This document shows, piece after piece, positions 10,936 through 20,323 of a stretch of 54,666 nt of DNA. How positions within the stretch are numbered: the first letter of the stretch is position 1; each line of letters begins with the position of its first letter. The notes beneath the pieces were generated by a model. That model saw only the letters and a list, made by a program, of their open reading frames with translations. It was not told the origin of the DNA and ran no database searches. The stretch is taken from sequence record DRR378314_461, one strand, 5' to 3'. The position numbers and the translations under genes are program-made.

Positions 10936-12114
10936 ATGTCTTGGTTGCAGACCATTCTAAAGCTTCTAACCGGTGTCAGTAGTGAAAAACTGTCGGTGGA
11001 GCATTTGGGACGTCTGCTCACCTCAACCAACCATTCGCCGCTTCTGACGCGCCGCCGCGCGCTTGTTATTCTGTCGCGGATCCGCCTGTTATCTTTTGTA
11101 ACCGCGCTTCTTATTCTGGCTGGGATCGGGATTGATTATCTCGCCTATGGCTCAGAGATTTTTTACAAACTGGCAAGTTTCCGGGCGGCGGCGGCGGCGA
11201 TCCTGCTGATGCTGACCTTTGGCATTCGCAATTCTGACAGCCTGCAAAGCGCCTATCGCGCGCTGTTCATCTTCATCGGGACGAATGTCATTTATCAGGC
11301 CTTATACCAGCCGTTCGTGCTGCCCGAATATCTGCAATCCATCGTCGATTTGCCGACAGCGGGATATGCCTTATACCCATTTTTGATCGCTGCCTGCTTT
11401 GCCTTGTTTCCCTTGAATATCAAGGAGAGCTTCCTTGGCGCCGTTCTGTTTCTGACAGCAGAGCTGCTGATTGTCACCCTGGCATCAACGGATCTGAACC
11501 CGCAACCGGGGCTAGGGGTGTTGATATCGCTTTGCAGTGCCTGCGCCCTCTCTTCCTTTTCGGCAGTGAGCCAGATGAGCTATATGGTCTCCCTGGTCGA
11601 GCAAGCCTCCGTCGATGGGCTGACAAACTGCTATAGCCGCAATAGCGGGGAAGAAATTCTGGATGTGCAGTTCCGCATTGCCAGCCGCCAGCAAAGCCAC
11701 CTGGCAATCGTCTTTCTGGATATTGACGATTTCAAAATCATCAATGATCGATATGGCCATGAAGCCGGCGACAAGGTTCTAACATCTGCAGCAAAATTAA
11801 TCCGCCGGAACCTGCGGGAGTCTGATGTGTCCATTCGCTGGGGCGGGGAAGAGTTTTTGATGCTCCTCCCCCATACAGATGCGGACGGCGCCACCCGGGC
11901 GATTCGGCGCCTTCGCGCCAACGGGCTGGGCAAACGCCCTGACGGAACCCCACTGACCGCCAGTATTGGCATCGCTGAGCTGCAAAGCTCCACCGCAGAA
12001 AGCTGGATGGATTTGGTTGAACTTGCGGATGCACAGATGTACAAGGCGAAGACCAGTGGTAAAGATGACTTCCGGGTCTTCCTGCCAAAAACAAATATCC
12101 CGAAAACGGCTTAA
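10936..12114 (+). CDS. Membrane-bound diguanylate cyclase
   Basis: About 6 TMs, DGLT, DIDDFKIINDRYGHEAGD, RxxD I-site (RESD) and GGEEF. Confidence 0.93.
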   Translation: MSWLQTILKLLTGVSSEKLSVEHLGRLLTSTNHSPLLTRRRALVILSRIRLLSFVTALLILAGIGIDYLAYGSEIFYKLASFRAAAAAILLMLTFGIRNSDSLQSAYRALFIFIGTNVIYQALYQPFVLPEYLQSIVDLPTAGYALYPFLIAACFALFPLNIKESFLGAVLFLTAELLIVTLASTDLNPQPGLGVLISLCSACALSSFSAVSQMSYMVSLVEQASVDGLTNCYSRNSGEEILDVQFRIASRQQSHLAIVFLDIDDFKIINDRYGHEAGDKVLTSAAKLIRRNLRESDVSIRWGGEEFLMLLPHTDADGATRAIRRLRANGLGKRPDGTPLTASIGIAELQSSTAESWMDLVELADAQMYKAKTSGKDDFRVFLPKTNIPKTA

Positions 12115-12128
12115 AGCTTGGACTGTCT

Positions 12129-12299
12129 GTGCTTTTAAAACTCCTTATCCTTGGCTTTGTTGCCCTTTTTATTGGCCGGCTGCTCTTTGCCAAGAAACTG
12201 AAAGAAGTGGGCAAAGCCGCCGATCGAACTGTAAATCTCTGCCTGATCGCGGTTGCCATCTATATCGCCCTGCAAATGGCGTTTGTGTACCTGACCTAA
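12129..12299 (+). CDS. Small two-TM hypothetical protein (56 aa), absent from the ORF track
   Basis: GTG...TAA reads MLLKLLILGFVALFIGRLLFAKKLKEVGKAADRTVNLCLIAVAIYIALQMAFVYLT; fills the gap between the DGC stop and the metZ promoter. Confidence 0.65.
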   Translation: MLLKLLILGFVALFIGRLLFAKKLKEVGKAADRTVNLCLIAVAIYIALQMAFVYLT

Positions 12300-12315
12300 G
12301 CCAGCTCAGCACCCC

Positions 12316-12343
12316 TTGACAGCCAAAAGGCGAGGCGTATATT
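12316..12343 (+). promoter_or_regulatory. Sigma70-type promoter of the metZ leader
   Basis: TTGACA-N16-TATATT ending about 7 nt before the riboswitch. Confidence 0.7.
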
Positions 12344-12348
12344 TCACC

Positions 12349-12410
12349 GACGTGGTGATTTGTGCCGACCGGCTTGCGGCCACGTTAAATGAAACGCTAA
12401 AAGGTCGGGG
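12349..12410 (+). ncRNA. SAM-II (SAM-alpha) riboswitch
   Basis: CGTGGTGATTTG..GCCG..CGGCTTGC.GCCACGTTAAA....CGCTAAA matches the SAM-alpha pattern; lies upstream of metZ. Confidence 0.92.
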
Positions 12411-12461
12411 CTCGAGAGAACCCTGACTGAGGTCGGGGTCCAGTAAACCTCGAGGTTGGAA

Positions 12462-13658
12462 ATGGTAAAGTTAGACAAAAAAGCGGCGGATGAAACCCAC
12501 GAAACCGCAACTCAACTTGTCCGGGGCGGGTTAAGACGCTCCCAATTCAAAGAAACGTCCGAAGCAATTTTCATGAATTCCGGCTTTGTCTATGACAGCG
12601 CCGAAGAAGCCGCCGGACGGTTTAAAGGCGAAAGCGAAGGCTATATTTATTCCCGCTATGCCAATCCCACATTAAGCGTCTTTGAAGACAGAATGCGCCT
12701 GCTGGAAGGGGCCGAGGCCGCACTTGCAACCGCCAGCGGAATGGCCGCCGTGAACGCGGCCCTGATGTGTTTTGTTAAAGCAGGGGATCATGTAGTCGCG
12801 CCAAAAGCGCTGTTCGGATCCTGCCTTTATATCATAGAGGAAGTCCTGCCGCGATTTGGGGTCAAGGTTACCCTGGTCAACGGAACAGATCTGGATCAAT
12901 GGAAAGCGGCCCTGTCCCAAAAGACGGCAGCAGTTTTTCTGGAAACGCCATCGAACCCGACGCTGGAAATCGTTGATATCGCTGCGGTATCCGACCTTGC
13001 CCACGCGGCGGGCGCCCGGGTGATTGTCGATAATGTGTTTGCAACATCCCTGTATCAGAAACCGCTGGAGCTGGGCGCCGATGTTGTTGTCTATTCCGCA
13101 ACAAAGCATATTGACGGGCAGGGGCGCTGTCTGGGCGGTATTGTTTTAGGGTCAGAGGAATTCGTTGACGAGCATCTGTTCCCCTACGCCAAACATACGG
13201 GGCCCGCGCTTAGTCCGTTTAACGCCTGGAACCTGCTGAAAGGTCTGGAGACGCTGGAGCTGCGCGTTGAAAAGCAAACTGATAATGCGGAGCAACTTGC
13301 AGACTTCCTTGCCCAGAATAGCAAAATCAAACGGGTCATCCATCCAGGCCGGGATGATCATCCGCAGGCCGAACTGGCCCGCAAACAAATGCGCCGGGGC
13401 AGCACATTGATCAGTTTCGAGCTGGCCGGCGGACAGGAAGAGACTTTTGGGTTCCTGAACAAACTGTCGCTTGTCGATATCAGCAATAATCTGGGCGATG
13501 CCAAAAGCCTGATCACCCATCCGACAACCACCACCCATTCCAGCGTCAATGATGAGTTGAAAGCGGAGCTTGGGATTACCAACAGTTTGGTTCGCCTGTC
13601 CGTGGGTCTTGAAAATGTCGATGATCTGATCGCTGATTTTGCCAAAGCCTTGGATTAA
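12462..13658 (+). CDS. metZ: O-succinylhomoserine sulfhydrylase
   Basis: YIYSRYANPT, ASGMAA, ETPSNP, PLP lysine in SATKHIDGQGR, NNLGDAKSLITHP. Confidence 0.95.
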   Translation: MVKLDKKAADETHETATQLVRGGLRRSQFKETSEAIFMNSGFVYDSAEEAAGRFKGESEGYIYSRYANPTLSVFEDRMRLLEGAEAALATASGMAAVNAALMCFVKAGDHVVAPKALFGSCLYIIEEVLPRFGVKVTLVNGTDLDQWKAALSQKTAAVFLETPSNPTLEIVDIAAVSDLAHAAGARVIVDNVFATSLYQKPLELGADVVVYSATKHIDGQGRCLGGIVLGSEEFVDEHLFPYAKHTGPALSPFNAWNLLKGLETLELRVEKQTDNAEQLADFLAQNSKIKRVIHPGRDDHPQAELARKQMRRGSTLISFELAGGQEETFGFLNKLSLVDISNNLGDAKSLITHPTTTTHSSVNDELKAELGITNSLVRLSVGLENVDDLIADFAKALD

Positions 13659-13761
13659 GCGGGCAGATTTCTGCCACAAAAGCACCATCAACTTTTCAGG
13701 AAGCAGCCATCGGGCCGCCTGAATTCAAGGGCATGGTCGTCTTCAAGTTAAGGAGAAGACC

Positions 13762-14577
13762 ATGCCTCACTCACCCCGTGTTTTTAAATATTCGCTAACC
13801 CTTGCCCTCACGCTCACGGCCCTGACACTGGCCGCCTGTGACACGGCAAAATATGAAGAACTGCAATCACCCAAACCGTCCAAAGGGGCTTTTTCAGCGT
13901 CTCTTGCCGATGAGTATCGGCAGTTTGCAAAATCCGAGATTCGGCAATATGACTGGCCAGATCAGCAGCATATGTCCCAAAAAGGGCTTTTAGCCGTCCA
14001 TGGCCAGCAGCCCCTGCCGGAAGATCCGGATCAGTGGCGGATTGCCGATGACGCCAAGCCAGAGCTGCATCACAAACGTGCTGACCTGATTGCCTGGCTG
14101 AATACGGATGGGCGCCACACCAATCCCCGTCAATCTGCGCGCGCCCAGCGCTATTATGATTGCTGGGTCGAACAGAAAGAAGAAAACTGGCAACAGGATC
14201 ACATCAAGGCCTGCAAACAGGGATTGCAAAATACGCTGCCCGAAAACTGGCAGGTCCAGTTCAAATTCGACAGTGCCAAGATCAATCCGCAAGCCAGATC
14301 CATTCTCAAGCGGCTGGCCCGCGACTGGCAGGAAAACCCCGGAAACTATCTGTTGATCCAGGGGCATGCCGATCAAACCGGCAGTTACAAATATAATTAT
14401 GACCTGTCCCAACGGCGGGCAGAAGCGGTTGGCCTGGTGTTATCGGGCTACGGTATTCCCAAAACCAGACTGCGCTTTCAGATCTGGGGCAAACAAAGAC
14501 CGCGACCCTCCTATCACAAAGCCAATCTGATCGAAGGTCATCAGGTAAATCGCAGAGTTGAAATCCTGAAATACTAG
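13762..14577 (+). CDS. OmpA-family lipoprotein
   Basis: Lipobox LAAC; C-terminal OmpA-like domain (F.FDS, GHAD..G...YN..LS.RRA, NRRVEI). Confidence 0.88.
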   Translation: MPHSPRVFKYSLTLALTLTALTLAACDTAKYEELQSPKPSKGAFSASLADEYRQFAKSEIRQYDWPDQQHMSQKGLLAVHGQQPLPEDPDQWRIADDAKPELHHKRADLIAWLNTDGRHTNPRQSARAQRYYDCWVEQKEENWQQDHIKACKQGLQNTLPENWQVQFKFDSAKINPQARSILKRLARDWQENPGNYLLIQGHADQTGSYKYNYDLSQRRAEAVGLVLSGYGIPKTRLRFQIWGKQRPRPSYHKANLIEGHQVNRRVEILKY

Positions 14578-14689
14578 ATAAGATCCAAATGCCGTTTCTT
14601 GCGTATCAGTAAGGAGTTGAGCCTGCGGACATTAGCCTCTAGTCTTTGTCGGCAAACAACTCTTTTGGTGACAACGGGGCGACGGCTAT

Positions 14690-15097
14690 ATGAACTGGGA
14701 CACTGCCTATAAGAAAATAACCAAAGGAGTGGAGATCAATGTGATCCCCACTTTTTTGAGCAATCGTTCAGAACCTGAAAACAGTCTTTATATCTGGTCC
14801 TACCATATCCGGATTACCAACCATACCGACCAGACCATGACCCTGCGTCAGCGAAGCTGGCAGATCACCGATGCATATGGTCACACCGAAACCGTTCGCG
14901 GCGAAGGCGTGGTCGGGGAACAACCCCGACTGGAACCCGGAAAATCATTTGAATATACCAGCGGTACACCGCTTTCGACCCCATCGGGCATCATGGTCGG
15001 ATCCTACGATCTGGAATTGGAAAACGGGGGCTGGATAATCGCTGAAGTTCCTGCATTTTCACTGGACAGCCCCCATGAAGGTGCGTCATTAAACTAA
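14690..15097 (+). CDS. apaG: ApaG protein
   Basis: Y.I.ITN, W.ITD, V.GEGVVGEQP, FEYTSGTPL.TP.G.M.GSY, PAFSLDSP. Confidence 0.95.
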   Translation: MNWDTAYKKITKGVEINVIPTFLSNRSEPENSLYIWSYHIRITNHTDQTMTLRQRSWQITDAYGHTETVRGEGVVGEQPRLEPGKSFEYTSGTPLSTPSGIMVGSYDLELENGGWIIAEVPAFSLDSPHEGASLN

Positions 15098-15136
15098 CCC
15101 AGACATTTACCGAAAAACCCAAGATCAGGATTGCCA

Positions 15137-15715
15137 ATGACTGAAAATACCAAACCGTCCAAGGAGCAAGCGGAAGAAGCGGTCCGGACGCTGATCCGTT
15201 GGGCCGGGGATAATCCGTCCCGCGAAGGATTGCTGGGAACCCCTGACCGGGTCGCCCGGTCTTATCTTGAGTTTTTTGCCGGTTATCAGGAAAACCCGGA
15301 AGCTTATCTGGAGCGAACCTTTGAGGAAGTCGAAGGCTATGATGAGATGATCATCCTGAAAGACATTCGCCTGGAAAGTTATTGTGAACATCATATGGTG
15401 CCGATTATTGGCGTCGCCCATGTCGCCTATATGCCCGATAACCGGGTTGTTGGAATTTCCAAATTGGCGCGGGTGGTCGAGGCCTATTCAAAACGCCTGC
15501 AAATTCAGGAAAAACTGACCCAGCAGATTGCCGATACCATTGACAAGGCCCTAAAACCCAAAGGGGTTGCCGTCATTATTGAAAGTGCCCATCAATGTAT
15601 GACGACCCGCGGTGTGCATAAAGACGGGGTCACCATGATCACCAGCAGTATGCTGGGAATTTTCAGGGAATCCGATATCACCCGAAAAGAACTGCTCGCG
15701 TTTCTGGGCCGGTAG
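15137..15715 (+). CDS. folE: GTP cyclohydrolase I
   Basis: [41 protein letters not shown]. Confidence 0.97.
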   Translation: MTENTKPSKEQAEEAVRTLIRWAGDNPSREGLLGTPDRVARSYLEFFAGYQENPEAYLERTFEEVEGYDEMIILKDIRLESYCEHHMVPIIGVAHVAYMPDNRVVGISKLARVVEAYSKRLQIQEKLTQQIADTIDKALKPKGVAVIIESAHQCMTTRGVHKDGVTMITSSMLGIFRESDITRKELLAFLGR

Positions 15716-15732
15716 AACAGTAACCGCCCTTT

Positions 15733-18700
15733 TCAGGAGGGTGCCGAGGATTTGCGCACGCCCCGAAACAGGCGGCCAAAATCATCTTGGACGATCAACA
15801 GCGCCGGAACTAAAAATAACACGAGGAAGGTGGCGACCATCAGGCCAAACACCAAGGTGATGGCCATGGGGATCAAAAATTGCGCCTGCAAACTGGTTTC
15901 AAACAACAGCGGGGAAAGCCCGCCGATGGTCGTCAAAGACGTGAGCAACACCGCCCGTAACCGATCACATGTTCCGCCCACCACAGCGGTGTGAATAGTT
16001 TCGCCATTGGCAAATCGCTCATCCACCACGCTGACCAGAATGATCGAGTTATTCACCAGAATTCCGGCCAGTCCCAACAAGGCGATCAAGGAGAGGATCG
16101 TCAGGTTGAAGCCCATCAGATAATGCCCCATGATCGCCCCCACGATCCCGAAAGGAATGATGGACATCACAACGATTGGCCGGGTGTAGGAGGCAAATAC
16201 CCAAGCCAAGATCAGATAGATAGATACCAGAGCGATCATGGCGCCCAACTGCATATCAGCCAGGGTTTCTGCCTGTTCTTCTGATTTACCCGCAAACCGG
16301 TAGGTCAGCCCTTTCTCTGCAGCCAGCCTGTCCAACCCCTCCGCCGGAAGCTCGCTCAGCACTTCATCAGCACTGGTAACGCTTTCATCAATTTCCCCAA
16401 CGACCGAGACTTCTCTCTTCCCATCCTCGCGCTTGATCCGGGCAAATCCCTGCTCCGATGAAAACGCGACCACCTCACTTAAGGGCACTTCCCGACCATC
16501 CGTATTTTGAAGATAGAACCCCTGCAAAGCCGAGGCGGAAACGGCTTCCCGCGGATATTGCACGCGAATGGTCACCTCTTCATCACCGCGCGCGAATTTA
16601 CGGGCAATCACCCCTTCGAACGCACCGCGCACCTGATCGGCAATATTATCAGTGGTAAAGCCCAGCGCCCGACCCTTGGGCGTGATGGAGAGGATCAGCT
16701 CCTGCTTGCCGAGGGGCAAATCATCCTCGATCGCTGAGACGCCGGGAAATTTACCGAGCATAAGCTTCAGCTCTTCTGCGGCAGCTTTTAACGTTTGAAT
16801 GTCTGATCCTTCCAGGCGGATATCCAGCTCTTTACCGGGTGGCCCGCCCATTCGTTCGGTCAAGGCGACGCGGATCAATCCTGCCATTGGCTGAATTTCA
16901 GCTTTCCAGGCTTCGATAAAGTCTTTGGTGCGAACCGATCTTTTATCGGCCGATATCAATTCCACCTGCATTCCGGCCCGGTGATCCCCGGAAACCGCAG
17001 AGAACTGACCCCCAACACTGACCCCAAGCCGGCCAAAGGCTGATTTCACTAACAGGCCGCCCGGCGCCAGATCTTTTTCCACCTGATCCAAAGAGCGCTG
17101 CAACTCCTCTAGCATGGCTTCGGTCTGTTCGCGTTCAACCCCAGGGGAAAACACCACATTGGCGTTGATCACATCGGCCTCCGGTGAGGGGAAGAAAGTG
17201 AACCCGACCCGTCCACCCGCCAGCAATCCAAAAGCAAGGACAAGCACCGCAACCGCCAGGGCCAGGGTCGCGTAGCGATGGCGAATGGCCCCGTCGACCC
17301 AGCGCTTGAAATGGTGGTTTTGAAAATGATTAAAATAGCCATCAAATTTCTGGCGGAAGCGGCTGTCTTTACCTTCGGATTTCAGGGCAAAACGCATGTG
17401 GCCGGGCAAGACCAGAAAACATTCAATTAAACTGGCAATCAGAACCGCCACCACGACAAACGGGATGGCCACAATAATTTGCCCGATTATATCCTGGATC
17501 ATGAAGATCGGCAGAAAAGCTGCGATCGTTGTCAGGCTGGAGGCCATAACCGGCGCCAGCATGCGAAGCGCGCCTTTTTCCGCCGCTTCCTGCGCGGACA
17601 GACCCCGGCTTCTCAGATAACTGCTATGCTCCCCCACGACAATCGCATCGTCCACAATGATCCCCAGGCTCATGATAATCGCGAACAGGCTGATCATATT
17701 GATGGATTGCCCGCTGAACAGCATCACACCCATGGTCGCCAGTATCGCAACCGGAACCCCGATAGCGACCCAGATGGCGACGCGGATGTTGAGAAACAGG
17801 AAGAGAATGACCAGCACCATTGCAAGGCCACTACCACCGTTGTTGAGCAAGAGCTGAATGCGATCCTCGATCAGGCTTGCCTGCACATCAAACTGCTGGA
17901 TTTCCAATCCGTCGGGCCAGCGATGCTTTTCCTTATCCACATAGCTGGAGACGATATCTGCCGCCTCCAACGCATCCGTTGATTGCGACCGCTGAACATA
18001 AAGTTCAATCGCCTGATTGCCATCCTTAAAGCCAACCTTGCCCCGTTCATCAAAACCATCCTGCAATTTGGCGATATCCTGCAAATACACTTTTTGGCCG
18101 TTGACCAGCGCCCGCACTTCCAGACCGGCCAGTTCATTGGCATTGGTTTTTTGCTCAAGAGACCGCAATTGACGCTCATAAGTTCCGCCCAGGGTGCCCA
18201 AGGGCACATCGCGGGAGTTATTGGCAATAATCCCGGCAATTTCAGCCAAGGTCAGGTTATATCGCTGCAATTGCTCTTCTGAGACTTCGACCCATAATTC
18301 TTCATCGCGGGCACCGAACAGGGTGACTTTATCAACGCCCAGTTCCAGCAAATCATCGCGGATGGTCTTGGCGATGGATTTCAGGGTTGCTTCTGAAAAC
18401 GGACCAGATAGCGAGATCCGGGAGATCGGATCATAAATCTCGATCCGCTGGGTAATCGGGGTTTCAATCGTGTCCGGGAAAGTGGTGATCTGGGCGACAG
18501 CCTGCTCCACATCCGACAGGGCCTTTTGCATATCCGTGCCCGGTTCAAACTCCACAACAACGGTACTGCTGCCTTCAACCGAAAAGGACTGAACCTTCTT
18601 CACCCCGTTTAGAAAGCGCACCTCTGGCAGCAACGCAGTTGTAATATTTGTATCCACATCTTCGGCGCTGGCACCCGGCCAGGCGATGGCGGCAGTGACA

Positions 18701-18840
18701 ACTTCTGTTCCAAAATCCGGGAAAAACTGGGTATTCAATCGCGCCAGAGAAAACACCCCGACCACAATCATGATCATCATCAAGAGGTTCGCAGCATTGC
18801 GGTGGCGGGCGAATAAAGAGACGAGCCGCGGTAAATCCAT
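15733..18840 (-). CDS. RND efflux transporter permease subunit
   Basis: About 1035 aa with 12-TM RND topology, GIIVDDAIVVGE, RLRAVLLTSLTT; TGATG coupling to the upstream MFP. Confidence 0.93.
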   Translation of the reverse strand: MDLPRLVSLFARHRNAANLLMMIMIVVGVFSLARLNTQFFPDFGTEVVTAAIAWPGASAEDVDTNITTALLPEVRFLNGVKKVQSFSVEGSSTVVVEFEPGTDMQKALSDVEQAVAQITTFPDTIETPITQRIEIYDPISRISLSGPFSEATLKSIAKTIRDDLLELGVDKVTLFGARDEELWVEVSEEQLQRYNLTLAEIAGIIANNSRDVPLGTLGGTYERQLRSLEQKTNANELAGLEVRALVNGQKVYLQDIAKLQDGFDERGKVGFKDGNQAIELYVQRSQSTDALEAADIVSSYVDKEKHRWPDGLEIQQFDVQASLIEDRIQLLLNNGGSGLAMVLVILFLFLNIRVAIWVAIGVPVAILATMGVMLFSGQSINMISLFAIIMSLGIIVDDAIVVGEHSSYLRSRGLSAQEAAEKGALRMLAPVMASSLTTIAAFLPIFMIQDIIGQIIVAIPFVVVAVLIASLIECFLVLPGHMRFALKSEGKDSRFRQKFDGYFNHFQNHHFKRWVDGAIRHRYATLALAVAVLVLAFGLLAGGRVGFTFFPSPEADVINANVVFSPGVEREQTEAMLEELQRSLDQVEKDLAPGGLLVKSAFGRLGVSVGGQFSAVSGDHRAGMQVELISADKRSVRTKDFIEAWKAEIQPMAGLIRVALTERMGGPPGKELDIRLEGSDIQTLKAAAEELKLMLGKFPGVSAIEDDLPLGKQELILSITPKGRALGFTTDNIADQVRGAFEGVIARKFARGDEEVTIRVQYPREAVSASALQGFYLQNTDGREVPLSEVVAFSSEQGFARIKREDGKREVSVVGEIDESVTSADEVLSELPAEGLDRLAAEKGLTYRFAGKSEEQAETLADMQLGAMIALVSIYLILAWVFASYTRPIVVMSIIPFGIVGAIMGHYLMGFNLTILSLIALLGLAGILVNNSIILVSVVDERFANGETIHTAVVGGTCDRLRAVLLTSLTTIGGLSPLLFETSLQAQFLIPMAITLVFGLMVATFLVLFLVPALLIVQDDFGRLFRGVRKSSAPS

Positions 18841-20093
18841 CACCGAACCTCGACTTTAATACCGGCTCCAGCCTCGGCAAAGCGGGTCACCATTAACTTA
18901 TCGCCCGGTTTGAATTGTCCCGTGGCGATCAGATCGGTTCCTTCGACCTGAAGGATGTCAATCCGGACCGGTGACAGCCGTCCGTCTTGGACAATATAAA
19001 CTTTATTTTCATCAAACAGCGCATAGTCGGGGATCCGAACCGCATTTTTATAGCTGGGGCCTTGCATGTGGATTTCCACAAATGCCCCGGCGCGGATCAA
19101 ATCCAGATTATCGGACGCGCGCAATCCGGCATATATTTCAATACCGCCGGTGGCCGCTTGAATTTCCGAACCGATCCGGTTGATTTTCCCAGCAAAGGTC
19201 AGCCGCTTTCGGCCGACCTGCCAAATCACCTCAATCGGCCGATCCTTTAAGGCTTCTCCCGTCGAGAGGAGAGATCCATATTGTTCATTGGACAGGAGAA
19301 ACTGAACTTCCAGGTTTTTCGCATCGATGAGCGTGGCGACCTGATCCTTGGCATCAATTTTCTTGCCCAGTTCAACCCCAACGCCCTGCAGATAACCAGC
19401 AAACGGCGCCAATAAGGTAGTATTCGACCGATCTCGTTTGGCTTTTTGCAAGGTCAGCTCCAACCGCTCAATCACGGCTTTTTGCTGATCAATGCGGGCC
19501 TGTTCAATCTCCAGCCCGGCGCCGCGGGTTTCCAGCTGCTGCTGTTGGCGTTGCAATGAGCCTTTCACATCATCGAAGGCTTTATCGGAAATATTTCCCC
19601 GGTCTTTAAGCGCCAGTGATCGGGTAAGGTTGCGTTTTTCAATCTCCAACAGTTCCTGATCCTGCTGGAAGAGAACCTTATCGGATTTGAGGTTGGCAAC
19701 CAGTTCTGAAAGCTTGGCCCTGGCTTCTGCAAGGGTTGCGTTGGCATCTTTGACGGCCAGCTCATACTCAAACGGATCCACCTCAATCAGGATTGATCCG
19801 GTTTCAACAAAGGCGCCATTTCTGAATTTTTCCGAGACGGAAATCACCTCACCGCCGACAAGTGACCTCAGATCCACCGTCCGTTCCGCCAGCACCGACC
19901 CATACACCTTGATTTTTGACTGAACAGTTGCCGGGTTCAGGGATTGAACCGCAACATTCCAGCTCCGCTCCGCCGGTTCCTGGGTCACAATTTCGGGCTT
20001 CGTTTTCACCAGCAGCGCAAAAGCTGTGGCCCCCATTATCAGAATTGCAATTGGCAACAGGACTTTCCAGAAAAGCCGAAAAAACGTACCCAT
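18840..20093 (-). CDS. RND periplasmic adaptor (membrane fusion protein)
   Basis: N-terminal anchor, lipoyl-like halves, long helical hairpin, LLAPFAG. Confidence 0.9.
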   Translation of the reverse strand: MGTFFRLFWKVLLPIAILIMGATAFALLVKTKPEIVTQEPAERSWNVAVQSLNPATVQSKIKVYGSVLAERTVDLRSLVGGEVISVSEKFRNGAFVETGSILIEVDPFEYELAVKDANATLAEARAKLSELVANLKSDKVLFQQDQELLEIEKRNLTRSLALKDRGNISDKAFDDVKGSLQRQQQQLETRGAGLEIEQARIDQQKAVIERLELTLQKAKRDRSNTTLLAPFAGYLQGVGVELGKKIDAKDQVATLIDAKNLEVQFLLSNEQYGSLLSTGEALKDRPIEVIWQVGRKRLTFAGKINRIGSEIQAATGGIEIYAGLRASDNLDLIRAGAFVEIHMQGPSYKNAVRIPDYALFDENKVYIVQDGRLSPVRIDILQVEGTDLIATGQFKPGDKLMVTRFAEAGAGIKVEVR

Positions 20094-20264
20094 ATGCCCT
20101 TATTCTCCGCTCAAACTTTTCTGTCGATCCAAACCCGGTGAGGGAATTTTATCTTCTTAGCCTGTCGACCGATCAAGAGTGGCAACCTTCTGATTTTAAA
20201 CTCAATCTTTCTGCCAGCCCGTTACGGAACCGTAATATAGAGATGTCGTCATTGCAACAAACCC

Positions 20265-20296
20265 AAAAAGCCACCCGCTATATATACGCAGGTGGC
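20265..20296 (-). terminator. Rho-independent terminator after the lipoprotein gene
   Basis: Minus strand GCCACCTGC-loop-GCGGGTGGC-TTTTT. Confidence 0.65.
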
Positions 20297-20323
20297 CAGC
20301 AAATCCGTCACTTATTTATATTT

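Noticed and set aside
13671..13686. GCC-N8-ACC upstream of the OmpA-like gene as a possible ChvI-type site
   Set aside because: Too short and degenerate to support
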